From assembly GCF_963921235.1 (NCBI RefSeq), contig NC_086101.1, forward strand, positions 6,946,001 to 7,010,000: a stretch of 64,000 nucleotides of DNA. Direction: 5' to 3'. The notes under the pieces are model-generated. The model was not told the DNA's origin and did not search any database. It saw only the letters and a program-made list of their open reading frames with translations. Below, in pieces: positions 40,936 through 55,537 of this stretch; the first letter of the stretch is position 1, and the number at the start of each line of letters is the position of its first letter. Both the position numbers and the translations under genes were made by a program. Source of the stretch: Mobula hypostoma. Its lineage: Eukaryota.

Positions 40936-41349
40936 TCTCCTTCTGTCGCTCTCCCTCGCGCTGACCATCGCCCGCACCCTCTCCCTCTCTCCTTACAGCC
41001 TACCCAGGGTAACTAAACCCCGTAGGTTCAGGGAAAATGAGGTGGCATTGATTTTCATCGGTGAGGTCATCAATCTCTCCCCGTCCAGCCTCCCTGACTG
41101 AATTAGCCTCTGGGGCTTGATGGCGGGGTGTTCAGCTGTGTCTGAGGCTGGGAGAGCTGATGGTGACGGTGGATCAGAAGGTGTGAGTAGGCGAGGAGCT
41201 GGTTGGCCTCTGAGTGCTAGAATGGAGCATCCACCGGTTTCCAAGGGCCAAAGCAAGTTGAGTGTGATTGAGTGCAGGATGGGGTAACAGGTATCGAGGG
41301 GGGCAGAGGACTCTCAGTACCATCAGCTGCTCAGCTGTAATTGGAATAC

Positions 41350-42885
41350 AAAATAAGCTAGCTGATAATATTAAAGAGAATACCAAAAGTTCCTTCAGAT
41401 ACATAAAGTGTAAAGGAGAGGAGAAAGTGGATATCCGACCGCTGTAAAACAATGCTGGAGCGGGAGTAATGGGAGAGCAAGGAAATGGCGGATGAAATGA
41501 ATAAGTATTTTGCATTAGTCTTCACTGTGGAAGACTCTAGCAGCATGCTGGAAGTTCAGGACTGTCAGGGGTCAGAATTGTGTGAAGTTGCCATTACCAG
41601 AAGGTTGATGAGAAACTGAAAGGCCTGAAGGTAGATCAGTCAACTGAACCGGATTGTGTAGAACCCAGTGTCCTGAAAGAGGGGGCTGAAGAGATAGTGG
41701 AGGCATTAGGAATGATCTTTCAAGGATCATAGATTCTGGAATGATTTCCAAAAGACAGGAACATTGCAAATACCAATCCACTCTTCAGAAAGGGAGAGAG
41801 GCAGAAGAAAGGAAATTATTGGCCAGTTAATCTGACCTCAGTGGTTGGAAAGATGTTGGAGTCGATTATTAAGGATGAGTTCTCAGTTTACTGGGAGGCA
41901 CATGATAAAACAGGCCGCAGTCGGAATGGTTTCCTCAAGGGAAAATCTTGACTGACAAATATGTTGGAAATATTTGAAGAAAGGATGTTTCCTACAGTGG
42001 ACGTATCCAGAACTGGAGGGCACAGACTCAAAATTGAGGGGCGACCCTTTAGAACAGAAGTAAGGAGGAATTTATTTTTTAACCAGTGAGTGGTGAATCT
42101 GTGGAATGCTCTGTCACAGACTGCTGTAGAGGCCGAGAATGAAGGTATATTTAGAGCAGAAGATGATAGATTCCTGATTGGTCAGAGCATCAAGGGATAT
42201 GGTAATAGGCAGGTGTATGGGGTTGAATGGGATCCTGCATCAGCCATGATAAAATGGTGGAGAGGACTAGATGGGCTGAGTGGCCTAATTCTGCTCGTAT
42301 GTCTTATGGTCTTACGGTCTTAAATAAGAAGCAGGATAGACCAAGGAGAATTGGTTGATGTTGTGTACTTGGATTTTCGGAAGGCCTTCGACGAGATGCC
42401 ACACTTGACGTTGCTGAACAGGCTACAAGCCCCTGGTATTACAGGAAAGGCATGAGTGTGGATAAAGCAGTGGCTGATTGGAAGGAGGCAAAGAGTGAGA
42501 TCAAAGGGAGCATTTTCTGGGTGGCTACTGGTGATCATTGGTGCTCTACAGAGGTCTGTGTTGTGACAGATTCTTTTTATGTTACGCGTCAATGATTTGG
42601 ATGATGGAATTGATGGCTCTGCTGCAAAGTTTACAGATGAAATGAAGATAGGTGGAGGGGGAGGTAATTTTTAGGAAGTAGGGAAGGACTCAGGCAGATT
42701 AGGAGAGTGGGTAAAGGAATGGCAGATGGAATACAGTGTTGGGAAGTGTATGATCATGCACTTTGGAAGAAGAAATGAAAGGGCTAACTATTTTCTAAAT
42801 GGAGGGAAAATACAAAAAACTGAGTTGCAAAGTGACTTGAGAGTCCTTGTGCGGGCTCCTTAAAGGTTAGTTTGCAGAATGAATC
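41350..42885 (+). mobile_element. Old CR1 RT region with a nested CR1 3' fragment (about 41983-42322)
   Basis: GNYWPVNLTSVVGKMLES, VYLDFRKAFDEMPH, internal VVNLWNAL and GGTCTTA-type tail. Confidence 0.75.
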
Positions 42886-44219
42886 TGCAGATTTACACTT
42901 ACTGAGAAAGATTTTTTAAAGAAATCTTAAACTTTGTCAGGAGTACATCAAAACATTGAAGCATACAGTGAAATGTGTCAATTACACCAATGATCAACAG
43001 TCCGAGGATTGTGCTGTGGGGAGCCCTTATGCTGCCATGCGTCTGGCACCAATATCGTGTACCCACAACTTACCAACATGTCTTTTCAATATGGAAGAAA
43101 CTGGACCACCTGGAGGAAACCCTCATGGTCACGGGAAGAACATGCAAACTCCTCACAGACAGTGGTGTGGAATGAACCCCGGTCACTGGCGCAGTAAAGC
43201 GTTACTCTGTCTGCCATACTACTGCACTGCCCGGCAGTAGACAATGTTTGAACACTGGCTGGAAGCACCGACAGGGCAGGACAACCCCAGACCCCAGGGA
43301 CGCCGCGCGACACTGCCTTCGCTGTTTCCTCTCCTGGCGAGCCTGCAGCTTGAGGCCTCGACATCACTACAACGGAGGCCACACAGCTCCCTGCCACCTG
43401 TCTCACCAATAAGCAAGGGAAATGGACTTGCAGTGTCGTGCACTGCCAACGTCCAACAGGGTCTTGTGATCTGAAGTAAAACATCGCAGGCAATCACTTG
43501 CTGTCAGAGTACATCCTGCCTTCCTGCACTGACTCCAAAGCCTTTCTGTAGCAGACAATAACACACCAAGTCCAGCTCCTCCACCAATGAGCAGCTCACT
43601 GATGGGGTTGACGTGCAGTACCTGAAGTTCCTAATGTCCAGCTTGGCTTGCGATCATAAAAAATACATTAAAAAAGACAAGCTACCTTTGGTTGTCCCCG
43701 GAGAGGCCGCCGCACCTGGACACACCGCCATCTCACTGGAATGAAGAATAAAGGGTCGCAGCTACTGAAAGAGTGCGGTGCAAGTTAAAGATAAAATGCC
43801 GAGAATCGATCTTCTTACACAAGAGGTCCGTTCAAGAATCTGAGGACAGTGGGCTGGAAGCTGTCTTTGACCCTGGTGGGACGGGCTTTCGTATCTTCTG
43901 CCCGATGCTTCTGCAGGTCAAATCATTACAATAGTGCATTGAGGCAGGACAAGGGAAAACGATAACAGAATGCAGAATAAACATAAGAACATAAGAAATA
44001 GGATCGGGAGTAGGCCATCTGGCCCATCGAGTGCTCCGCCATTTAATAAGATCATGGCTGATCTGACCTGGGACTCATCTCCACCTTCCTGCCTTCTCCC
44101 CACAACCCACAATTCCCCCACTGTGCAAAAATCTATCCACCCTTGTCTGACATATATTTACTGAGGTAGCCTCCACTGCTTCATTGGACAGAGAACTCCA
44201 CAGATTCACCACTCCTAGG

Positions 44220-44812
44220 TGTAGCGCTCAGCTCTATCGGCTGGTGTTTATCCAGGGGAAACCCCGTCCGCCCGCCAAACCGTGTCTCACGGTTTGCGTC
44301 GGTGCTGTGTAATGCCACCTAGTACAACCTCACACATCAATTATCAGACAGCACACAATGTACACCTTACAGTTTACACTTTATAAATCTGACTGGGACT
44401 GTTAGATAATAGAGATACAACATAAAAGAGAAAGAAAAAGGCGCCAGGCTTATCAAAGTTCAACTTCTTCGTGCACACAAGTTGGAGCTCAAATAGCGGG
44501 GTCTTCTCTTCACCCTGCGATCCTCTCCGACTCGCCGCCCGGGACCAACCACGGTGGTCGACCAGAGCGCTTCCAGCACGTCCTTCTGCTCCCCGGTCTC
44601 CTCCTGAAACCTCCCAAACACCCCAGCCTTGTGAGACACAATATCACCCACAAAAAGAATAACATGGACACCCATCTGTTCATTCTCCTCCTCCACCCCC
44701 ATCAATAATATAAACAAGCTGCTAGAAAGGAACCACTGTCTCAGCTGTTAACATTACAGAGAAGCCATTTTGACTAGCCTACGCAGTCACATAAAAGGAG
44801 AAATCCCTTCCA
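44220..44812. mobile_element. Solo LTR (593 bp) with TAGG TSD inside a CR1 3' fragment
   Basis: TG...CA termini; TAGG at 44216-44219 and 44813-44816; the CR1 sequence resumes across the site. Confidence 0.8.
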
Positions 44813-46244
44813 TAGGGAAAAACGTTTCCTCCTCATCTCCGTCCTAAATCTGCTCCCCTGAACCTGGAGGCGATGTCAAGTGCGGAGCAGGCAGACAATG
44901 AGGTGGAAGACCTTGATTAGGTAAACTGTGAAGTCAAGAGTTCATCAGGAGAACCATCCAACAGTCTTATAACAACAGGATTGAAGTCAAGTTAAACACA
45001 GAAAATGTTGCAGGAACTTATCAGGTCAGGCAGCATCTATGGAGGGGAATAAACAGCTGACGATTCAGGCCATGCACGTTCATCAGGACTGGAAAGGGGC
45101 AGAATCAATAAGACTTGAAACTGTCCATGAGCCTGAAGGTGTGTACTTTCAGGCTTATGTATCTTCTGCCCAAGGGAAGGGGTGGAGAAAGTGAATGTCC
45201 AGGGTGTTTTGGGTCTTCGATTATGTTCGCTTCATTACCGAGGCAGCGAGACGCCTTTCTGTGATGTGCTGAGCTGTGTCCACAACTCTCTGCAGTTTCC
45301 GGCATTCTTGGGCACAGCCGTGGCCATGCCAAGCCTTGATTCATCCAGATAGAACATGATCCCACAGATAGAGAGGACAATCTTAAGGGGCTAAATGGTT
45401 TCCTCAAATACTCTCATTTTATTTCCTGGTCTGTGTAGTTTAATGTTTGACACTTCACTGTCTGATGACGTGGAAAATAATTAGAATTTTTGCTGGTCGT
45501 CCCTCACCGAAAGAGATTTGAACTCACTTGAACTTTTACTTTTTGCGATCAGCTGGGGATGGGATTTGAATATTGTGGTCCTCTGGGCCCTATTGGCTTG
45601 GTTGACACTTAATATCAGCTTAACTTCTTCTCCCTTTGTCCTTTCCCGTTCACTTGAACCAAAAACAGCATGAAAGTGGGAAGTGTGGTCAGAGGGTATC
45701 ACATTGACTCAAACGACACATTTCAATCTCTGTTTTGATGTGACAAATAAAAGCTGCTCGTATCTTCTCTGGAAACGTGGAATAAAGACAGAGAATATTT
45801 TCTAAACGGGAGGGAATTCCGAAATCAGAGGTGCAAAGGGACCTAGGAGACCGAATGCAGAATATCCTAAAGGTTAACTTGAAGGTTGAGACGGTAGTAA
45901 GGAAGGCAAATGCAATGTTGACATTCATTTCAAAGGTGTTGGAATATAAGAGCAAAGATGTACTGAAATGATGAGCCTTTATAAATCATCGGTCAGGCCA
46001 CATTTGGTGTATTGGGAGCAATTTTAGGTGCCACAAACAAAAAACATTTAATCAATGTGCATAAGAAGACAAACTGTGTGACTACAAGAAGAAACAATTA
46101 CTGTTAATAGATAAATATGTAATAAATAACACTGAGAACGAGTTGTCGATTTCTTGAAAGTGAGTCCCTAGGTTGTGGAATCAGTCAATTTTCAGGTGCG
46201 TGAAGTGGAAAATGAGAGGAGAGTGAAGGTTGAGTAATTACTAG

Positions 46245-46715
46245 AATTTGTAATTATCTACTGTAATTGCCCTGTGCATCGTCTACATAGCGGATCATCC
46301 GCAGTTGTCAGCGTCTCGTTCTCTCACTTTAGGAACCCATCATCAGCAGTTTCCTACTGACAGGCTTGACTTACTAAGGGTGCTTCGCCATTCCCGACTT
46401 CCTCTCATGCAAACCCAACACCCTCTCCTCAACCCCCAGACACAGTCAGACTCGGAGGGGGCTTCCCTTCAAGGTCGCCTCCTAGACCCGCCGCTGTCGA
46501 GCCGAATCCAACGTGATAATGTGCAGAACGGTCCCTCATCGCCCCCTTGTGGTGACTGACAGTAGCTCGGAGAGTCAAACAAACCAGATTTCAGTCCCCA
46601 GATACGGTGAAGCAAGCTTGAGAAAAATTTTGTAACCGAATGAAATCAGTAGAAGGCACTTGTGGTGCAGGGAATACGGCCAAGAAAGTGCCCAAGGGCC
46701 TCTTCCTCCTCAGGA
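46245..46715 (-). promoter_or_regulatory. Duplicated non-coding module copy B (strong CTCF-like site, ETS site, splice donor)
   Basis: CCACAAGGGGGCGAT at 46538-46552, GGAAGT at about 46397-46402, GTAAGT at 46369-46374 (minus strand); colinear with 26300-26760. Confidence 0.55.
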
Positions 46716-47295
46716 GACCAGAGAAGTCTGGCATATCCCTTCAATTTCAAGTTCAAGTTTCATATCAGCTGATTCTACATATATAAACAAAAAAATAACA
46801 TTCTTCCAGACCACGCTGCATCCACAAAACATATATCATACACAGCACATTAACCAAAATATTATATTACAATGAAGTTTATAAAATCTAATTCAAAATG
46901 CATGCAATAAACCACAGCACAGGCGAACAGCAAATGGCTTTTTGTCCCAGTGACGAGACCTTGGTGGTGGCAGGGTATTAATTAGTCTCACAGCCTGAGG
47001 GAAGTGGCTGTCACCCAGTCTGGCCGTCCTAGTCCTGATGCTCCTGTGCCTATTACTGACGGTTGTAGGTCAAAGTGTTTTAAAAACTTGCAGAAGGAAC
47101 CTAAGAAGGACAGTCAGAAGGAAAAGATGAATTATGAGAGGAAGCCATCGACGAACATCAAAGAAGATACTAAAAGCTTTTTTAAAGTGTGTAAAGGGTA
47201 AAAGAAAGTCGAGAGTAGATATAGTACCAATACAAAATGACACTGGATATATTGTAATGAGAAATGCAGAGATGGCAGAGGAACTGAATGCATTT

Positions 47296-48165
47296 TGTTA
47301 CGTACCCCGTAACTGGGTTGCCAAACCAGCAGAAATGGATCACTCAGTTGGAGTCTGGAGTACTAGAACTAAGAAAGTTTTATTAAAGAAACAAGCAACA
47401 CAGTAATCGAAAGGATAATAAATGCAACAGTTCAACAATGATAACCACACATGTGCACAGAATTAAGATAACAGCATCAATCAAGCTCTATCGTTGTCTA
47501 GGGGTAAATGACCAAGTTTAAAAGTGACTCAAAGTTCAGTGCAGTTTAGTAGTTCAGTTCGCAGTAATCGTTGCCCTGGCCATGGACAACGTGGGGGGGG
47601 GGGGGGGGAAGAGAGAGATAGAACGGGAACAACTGATCATTCAGAACGGTTTCACTCACAGACCGGCGAGTTGGCTCACAAGCAGCTTTTGGGCGGGTCC
47701 TTGGTGATATCACCTGAGGTCACCGACTGTGACCCCTCCTCCAGATGCGGTCGATCCTCTGCAGTGAACCCGGCACCCAGGCAAGGGCGGACACACACCG
47801 GGTTCCCGCTGATCGTACCTTTCCACCCTGGTCGTTGTCTGCTTCTTCTCACCCACTCGTGAGAGGCGCACCGCTTCCAGGGTCTCGTTACCTCGGGTGG
47901 CGTGTGTCCTGCCTTAGCGAACCTGTCCCTTTTTATCCCCCTGCTGGGGCATCGCCTGTCCATCACTTCAAACAGTTCAAGGTTCAAAGGGGGAGCCGCT
48001 CCAGACAACTCTCTCTCCCACGTCCCTTCATTACACATCTCCAGACGCTGCTCCATTGTTCCTTATCTCTCCTTCCCCTGAGGGCAGGTGGCAGACCAAC
48101 TGCTGATGCCACTGATGCTAGCCCAGGCCAGCAAACATCTTAATTTTATGTGTATTCTCGTCACA
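47296..48165 (-). mobile_element. Solo LTR (870 bp) inside a plus-strand CR1 (about 47075-48650)
   Basis: TGT...ACA termini; flanks ATTT/ATAT (4-bp TSD, one mismatch); reverse-complement homologue of 38211-39192; host CR1 reads AEELNA|...VFTVED across it. Confidence 0.85.
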
Positions 48166-48689
48166 ATATATTGCAACAGTCTTCACAGTGGAAGACATCT
48201 GCAGTATACCGAACGTTCAAGAGTGGCAAGGAAGTGAAGTTTGTGCAGTGAAAATTAATACTGAGAAGTTGCTCAGAAAGCTAAATGGTCTGTGGGTGAA
48301 TAAATCTGGACCTGATGGAATGCACCTTCGGATTATGAAGGAAGTAGCTGGAGAGATTGCAGAGGCATTAACAATGATCTTTCAAGAATCGATAGATTCT
48401 GCCGTTGTACCCGATGACTGCAAAATTGGAAATGTTACGCCGCTATTAAAGAAGGATGGGAGGCAGCAGAAAGGAAACTAGACCTGTTAGCCTGACATCA
48501 GTGGTTGGGAAGTTGTTGGAATCGATTGTTAGGGATGAGATTATAGAGTACCTGGAGGCACATGGCGAAGTAGGCCAAAACCAGCAACATTTCCTGAAAG
48601 GAAAATCCTGCCTGACAAACCTACTGCAATTCTTTGAAGAAATTTCGGGCAGACTACTATTTAGATGTGGAGAGAATTCAAAATACCTT

Positions 48690-50560
48690 CTCCCATCGAC
48701 CTGCAGCAGGACCATAGCCCTCCATACGCCTGCCATCCATGTACCTATCCAAACTTCTCTTAAACCTTGAAATCGAGCTTGCATGCACCACTTGCGCTGG
48801 CAGCTCGTTCCACACTCTCACAACCTGAGTGAAGAAGTGACCCCTTATGTTCCCCTTAAACTTTTCACCTTTCACCCTTACCAGTGACCTTGTTGTAATC
48901 CCACCCAACCACAGTGGAAAAAAAAACCTGCTTGCATTTACCCTATCTATACCACTCAGGCTTTTGTATACCTCTATCAAATTAACCCTCAATCTTCTAC
49001 ATTCCATAGAATAAAGTCTTTCAACCGATCCTTATTACCCGGCGTCTCCAGTCCCAGCGATATCCTTGTCAATTTTTTCTGTACTCTTTCAACCTTATTT
49101 ACATCTTTCCTGTAGGAAAAACTGCACACAATACTCCAAATTAGACCTTGTTAAACAACTGATACAACTTCAACATAACATCCCATCTCTTGTAATCTAT
49201 ATTTTGGTTTATGAAGGCCAATGCGCCTAAAGCTCTCCTTATGACCCGATCAACCTGAGACACCACTTTCAATGAATGTTGGACCGTATTCCCAGATCTC
49301 TTTGTTCTACTGCACTCCTCACTCAGGTAGGTCCTACCAAAGTGCAACATCTTCCAATTGTTCACATTAAATTCCATCTGCCATCTTCCAGTCCAATTTC
49401 AGCTGGACCAGATCCCACAGCAAGCTCTGATAGTCTCCCTTGCTGTCCACTACACCCCCAATCTTGGTATCATCTGCAAATTTTCTAATCCTCAGCGATG
49501 AGCCCATTTACACGGAGCTCAGCCACAAGAAAGCAGCGACCATCATGAAGAACTCCAACCATCCACACCATGCTCTCTTCTCTCCACTCCCATCGAGCAG
49601 GACGTATAGAACCCTTAGGTCCCACACCGCCAGGTTCATGGACAGCTGTTACCCTACAACCATCAGGCTCTTGAACCGGTGTGCATAACTCACTCACCAC
49701 AACTCTGAACCGATCCCACAACCCACAGACTCACCTTCAACAACTCTTTACAAGTAATGTTTTCAGTATATTTTTCTTTATTTGAACAATTTGTCTTCTT
49801 TTGCACATTGATTTGTTGTCAGTCTTTGTTTATGTACAATTTTCACAAATTCTATTGTTTTCTTTATTGCCCTGTAAATGCCGGCATGAAAAAGAATTTC
49901 GAGGTAGTACGTGGTAACAAAGAGGTACTTTGACAATGAATTTTACTGAACTTTGAGTACTGGTTTTGAGGGCAACAGAGAGCCATCCCCAATATCCTGG
50001 CCAATATTAATCACACAAACAACACCAAACAAAAGAGCTATTTTGGTTGTTTTCAGCTTGTTATGTATGAACACACAAGATTCTGCAGATACTGGAAATC
50101 CAGAGTAAAACTCACAAAATGACGGAGGAACTCAGCAGGTCAGGCAGCATCTATGGAGTCAAAGAAAGAGCCAGCTTCTCAGGTCGACACCATCCATCAG
50201 GATGCGATGATCTGAAATACTGACGAAGGATCTCGGCCCAAAATATCGATTCTTTATTCCTCTCCATAAATACAACACAGTACAGGCACTTCGGCTAATG
50301 ATGCAGTGCTGACATTTTAACCTGCTCTACGATAAACATATCCCTTCCCTTCCACATAGCTCTCCACTTTACTTTCATCCACGTGCTTGTCTGAGTATCT
50401 CAAATTCCCCGAATGTATCTTCCTCTACCACCACCCTTTCAGAGCGTTTCGCGTGCCCACCAACCTCTGTGTAATAATCTACCTCTGACAACCCCCCAGA
50501 CCTTCCACCATTCTCCTTAAAATTATGCCCCCTCGTATAAGCCATTGCTGCCCTGCTCAG
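48690..50560. mobile_element. Mixed debris: CR1 (-), Rex1 3' end (+), PLE hairpin remnant (about 50070-50270), CR1 3' end (-)
   Basis: RRLRVNLIEVYK, HPHHALFSPLPSSRTYR, CTGACGAAGG...CGGCCC motif. Confidence 0.65.
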
Positions 50561-51880
50561 GGAGAACAACTGCCTTCCCTCCCCGCCTCTGGACTGGGCA
50601 AGACTTCAGATTCTTGGCAATATCATCTTCCCAGAGTTTCCCCCGCTAAACTGATCGTCAAGCCACCCGACCCAGGAGTGAAGGATGAGAGACAACATGG
50701 GCCAGGCAAGGGAACCGATCATCCCTGGAGTACAACAGTAAAACACTTTGAAAAGAAACCTGTTTAGCAGCTGACTTGAAACGGGCTGTGAAAGAGTGAA
50801 GAGCAAATTTAAGTCAACAGGTTTTGAAGGAAGTCAAGTTTCAGAATGAGAAGGCAATGGGATAGAATTACAGTCGTGTGTTACCAGACTTAACCCACAC
50901 AAGAAGCTGTAATGATCAGCAACCAGAATGCCAAGTTATTAGGTGAGACAGAGGACAGGAGAAAAATAGATTAGCGCTATGTGTGAGGGGGTGGGGGAGA
51001 CTGGTGAGTCATATCTCTTCTGAAAGAGAGGACAGGTGAACAAGGAAGCAAAACTGAGAGCAAAAGCTGTGAACGGAAACTCTGGCAGGGGGAATTACAA
51101 ACAATGGGAACGTCTCCGCAGCTGAGCAATAGAGACTGGACTCCAATTCTACTCACTGCATTTTAGGAAGACAGGATTTCCCAGTGTGGGTCAAGAATTA
51201 GAATCAGAATCAGGTTTATTGTCACTGACATATATTGTGAAATTTATTGTTCTGTGGCAGCAAGAGAGCGAAGTAAATAATTTTACTGTACATTACAATA
51301 AGAAAATAAATACGTGGTGCAGAATAGTGAGACTGTTGATGGTCCATTCAGAAATCTGATGGCACAAAGAATAAAGTGTTCTGAAAACATCAAGTGTGTC
51401 TTCAGGCTCCTGCACCTTTCCCTGACGGCATCAGCGGACTTGTCCTGGATGGCGAGGATTTTAATGATGCACTCCACACTCCTGAGGCAGCCTCATTTGA
51501 CGATATCCATAATGACGGGGAGGCTAGTGCCCATGATGGAGCTGGCTGAGTTTTCAAACCTTTGTAATGGTTTCCGATCCTGTGCAATGGTACCTCCGCA
51601 CAGTCAGTATGGACCCAGCCTGAATGCTCCCTACAGTACATCTGTGGAAGCTTACTTGAGTGAGGGATTCTGATTGTGCAAAAAGATTGGGGAGGATGTA
51701 AGAGGGGTGTCCTCGAAGTGAAGTAAGATCAAGTGAAGTCATGCAGAAATTATTGTGGTGTGTACAAGGCACCGAGACAGTCTGGAGACACGACAGGCTG
51801 AAGACGCTGAAATCCAGAGCAACACACGGAATGCTGGAGGAAAGGCAGCCGGCCAGGCAGTGTCTGTGGAGGGAAACAGA

Positions 51881-53756
51881 CATAGAAACATAGAAAATAG
51901 GTGCAGGAGTAGGCCATTCGGCCCTTCGAGCCTGCACCGCCATTTATTATGATCATGGCTGATCATCCAACTCAGAACCCCGCCCCAGCCTTCCCTCCAT
52001 ACCCCCTGACCCCTGTAGCCACAAGGGCCATATCTAACTCCCTCTTAAACATAGCCAATGAACTGGCCTCAACTGTTTCCTGTGACAGAGAATTCCAGAG
52101 ATTCACCACTCTCTGTGTGAAGAAGTTTTTCCTAATCTCGGTCCTAAAAGGCTTCCCCTCTATCCTCAAACTGTGACCCCTCGTTCTGGACTTCCCCAAC
52201 ATCGGGAACAATCTTCCTGCATCTAGCCTGTCCAATCCCTTTAGGATCTTATACGTTTCAATCAGATCCCCCCTCAATCTTCTAAATTCCAACGAGTACA
52301 AGCCCAGTTCATCCAGTCTTTCTTCATTGAAAGTCCTGGCATCCCAGGAATCAATCTGGTGAACCTTCTTTGTACTCCCTCTATGGCAAAGATGTCTTTC
52401 CTCAGATTAGGGGACCAAAACTGCACACAGTACTCCAGGTGTGGTCTCACCAAGGCCTTGTACAACTGCAGTAGTACCTCCCTGCTCCTGTATTCGAATC
52501 CTCTCGCTATAAATGCCAGCATACCATTCGCCTTTTTCACCGCCTGCTGTACCTGCATGCCCACTTTCAATGACTGGTGTATAATGACACCCAGGTCTCG
52601 TTGCACCTCCCCTTTTCCTAATCGGCCACCATTCAGATAATAATCTGTTTTCCTATTTTTGCCACCAAAGTGGATAACTTCACATTTATCCACATTAAAT
52701 TGCATCTGCCATGAGTTTGCCCACTCACCCAACCTATCCAAGTCACCCTGCATCCTCTTAGCATCCTCCTCACTGCTAACACTGCCACCCAGCTTCGTGT
52801 CATCTGCAAACTTGGAGATGCTGCATTTAATTCCCTCATCTAAATCATTAATATGTATTGAAAACAACTGGGGTCTCAGCTCTGAGCCTTGCGGTACCCC
52901 ACTAGTCACCACCTGCCATTCTGAAAAGGTCCCGTTTATTCCCACTCTTTGCTTCCTGTCTGCTAACCAATTCTCCACCCACACCAATACCTTACCCCCA
53001 ATACCGTGTGCTTTAAGTTTGCACACTAATCTCCTGTGTGGGACCTTGTCAAAAGCCTTTTGAAAATCCAAATATACCACATCCACTGGTTCTCCCCTAT
53101 CCACTCTACTAGTTACATCCTCAAAAAATTCTATGAGATTCGTCAGACATGATTTTCCTTTCACAAATCCATGCTGACTTTGTCCGATCATTTCTCCGCT
53201 TTCAAAATGTGCTGTTATCACATCCTTGATAACTGACTCCAGCAGTTTCCCCACCACCGATGTTAGGCTAACCGGTCTATAATTCCCCAGTTTCTCTCTC
53301 CCTCCTTTTTAAAAAGTGGGGTTACATTAGCCACCCTCCAATCCTCAGGAACTAGTCCAGAATCTAACGAGTTTTGAAAAATTATCACTAATGCATCCAC
53401 TATTTCTTGGGCTACTTCCTTAAGCACTCTAGGATGCAGACCATCTGGCCCTGGGGATTTATCTGCCTTCAATCCCTTCAATTTACCTAACACCACTTCC
53501 CTACTAACATGTATTTCACTCAGTTCCTCTATCTCACTGGACCCTCTGTCCCCTACTATTTCTGGAAGATTATTTATGTCCTCCTTAGTGAAGACAGAAC
53601 CAAAGTAATTATTCAATTGGTCTACCATGTCCTTGCTCCCCATAATCAATTCACCTGTTTCTGTCTGCAGGGGACCTACATTTGTCTTTACCAGTCTTTT
53701 CCTTTTTACATATCTATAAAAGCTTTTACAGTCCGTTTTTATTTTCCCCGCCAGTT
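51881..53756 (-). mobile_element. Young 5'-truncated CR1 LINE
   Basis: ORFs 52274..53257 and 53263..53649 with near-consensus RT motifs; GGCCGAATGGCC 3' hairpin and (TTTCTATG)n tail. Confidence 0.95.
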
Positions 53757-54519
53757 ATGTTCCCAGACAGTCCAGTTCTGCTCAGAGGAAGGATGTCGAG
53801 GGGAAATGATGACTGTCCATCCCCCTCCATAAATGCTGCCTGACCCCTAACCCCGGTGAGGAATGAGACACCCCACCATCTCCAGCAGCTCATGTGTTGC
53901 AATGAAAAAACCTTCAGGAGCATCACAGGCTCAGACAATGGCAGAAAACTGAAATTCTACATCAAGTATACAAAGCAGTGAAGAAAATTGGGGTTGCTAG
54001 CCCAATTTCCAACCCACCACCTTTTGCAGCTGGGTTGGGGACCGACCATAGTGGGGTAAAGTGAGATCTTGCTGTTTAAAAAATGGATCAGGGGCTGGCT
54101 GCAATTTGAGAGCACTTGGTCGACTGTTCTCGTGTTCCCATAGAAGCTACCCGACAAATGATGGCCAAATTGGTTAGTCCTGGGCTCAGAGGTCCACGAC
54201 TGTGCAACAGTGCCCCAACGTCAATGTCCTGTGATCAGTGAGCCCTGAGTTGTATACCCAGAAGTCGGCGAAATCTGGAGTTGAAACCAGAGCTCAAAGT
54301 CCAAGGATTGGTAAGTCTGGTTGTGGAGGTCCAAAGGTCGAAGGCCGAAACTGTGGGGTCTGGAGATTGAAGCTCGATATCTGCGATTCTGTGAGTCCGT
54401 ACAAAGGACTGTAGTCCGAAGTGTGGAGGCAGCTTTAAGTTCTAGTCTTCCAGGGCATCGGCAAAAGGGCAAACTCATGGCGGCTCAGCTTGATGGACAT
54501 GGTTAATTATTCCTGTTTC

Positions 54520-55537
54520 AGCCGCTATATCGGACAATCACAACTGCATCCAAGGTCTGTACAGTTAATAAAGGATTTTTAATACGACTGTACAATTTAT
54601 CGCTGTGTAAAACAGACGAAAATAACGCTGGCTGCGGCCACAATATCCTCTCTGGGAGGACTCCTCATTGGAAGCATGGCTGTTGCTCGGGACTACAAGT
54701 CCATTAAAAAAAACGAGGCTTTCGAATTCCAGTACCAACTGTATAGTTGACAAACGTACAGTTTCCGGTAAATAAAATTGACAATCTCAGAGCTAGGGTG
54801 CTGTATCAAAGGGACATTACGACCATCTGCGTCCTCTGCTTCACAGAGTCCTGGTTAGCCCAATCCGGTCTGTACTGGACGCAGCAATTCAGATTAACGG
54901 GTTCACTGTACATAGTCAAGATAGGGCTGTCAAGTCTCGCTAAACAGAGGTGGATGTGTTTGCTTTATGATCAACTCCTCATGGTGTACTATTGTGTGGG
55001 TAACGTCCCAATCCTACTCAGCAGAGCTGGAATATCTGGCAATCAAGTGCCGGTCAGTTTACCTGTCGCAGCAGATCTCAGCGGTCATATTGGTCACGTT
55101 GTACGTTCCACCTCAGGACAATGTCAAACAGGCTCCAGATGTTCTGAACGATGTGATCAACACGCACGAAACAGCAGAACCTCAAGCCTTCTCCAATATC
55201 TTGGGGGAGTTTGAGTAGGCCAGCTTGGAAAAGTCACTAAATAATTATCATCAACAAACTACTTGTAGTACCAGAGGAAACAACACTCTGGACCACTGCT
55301 ACACGAAGATCAAGAGAGCTTACCGTGCTATTCCACACCCAACTTCGGAAAGTCTGATCACCTGGCTGTACCTCTACTCCCTGAGTACAGGCTGAAACTG
55401 AAGACTACAGCACCAGTAGTGAGGACCAGGAAGGTACAGACAAGGGAAGCACGGGAGAGCTTACACGACTGCTTTGAATCGGTGGACTGGACTGCATTCG
55501 GGGATTCATCTTCGAATCTGGATGAGTATGCCGCAGT
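54520..55537 (+). mobile_element. Rex1/Babar-type LINE, APE endonuclease region; RT C-terminus resumes at about 58058-59030
   Basis: NVQFPVNKIDNLRAR...VLCFTESW, TRGNNTLDHCY, GKSDH; then QGCVLSPLLY, KFADDTT. Confidence 0.75.

Noticed and set aside
45481..45702. Candidate exon downstream of the duplicated module's donor
   Set aside because: Weak acceptor, no recognisable domain, and no counterpart found next to copy A.
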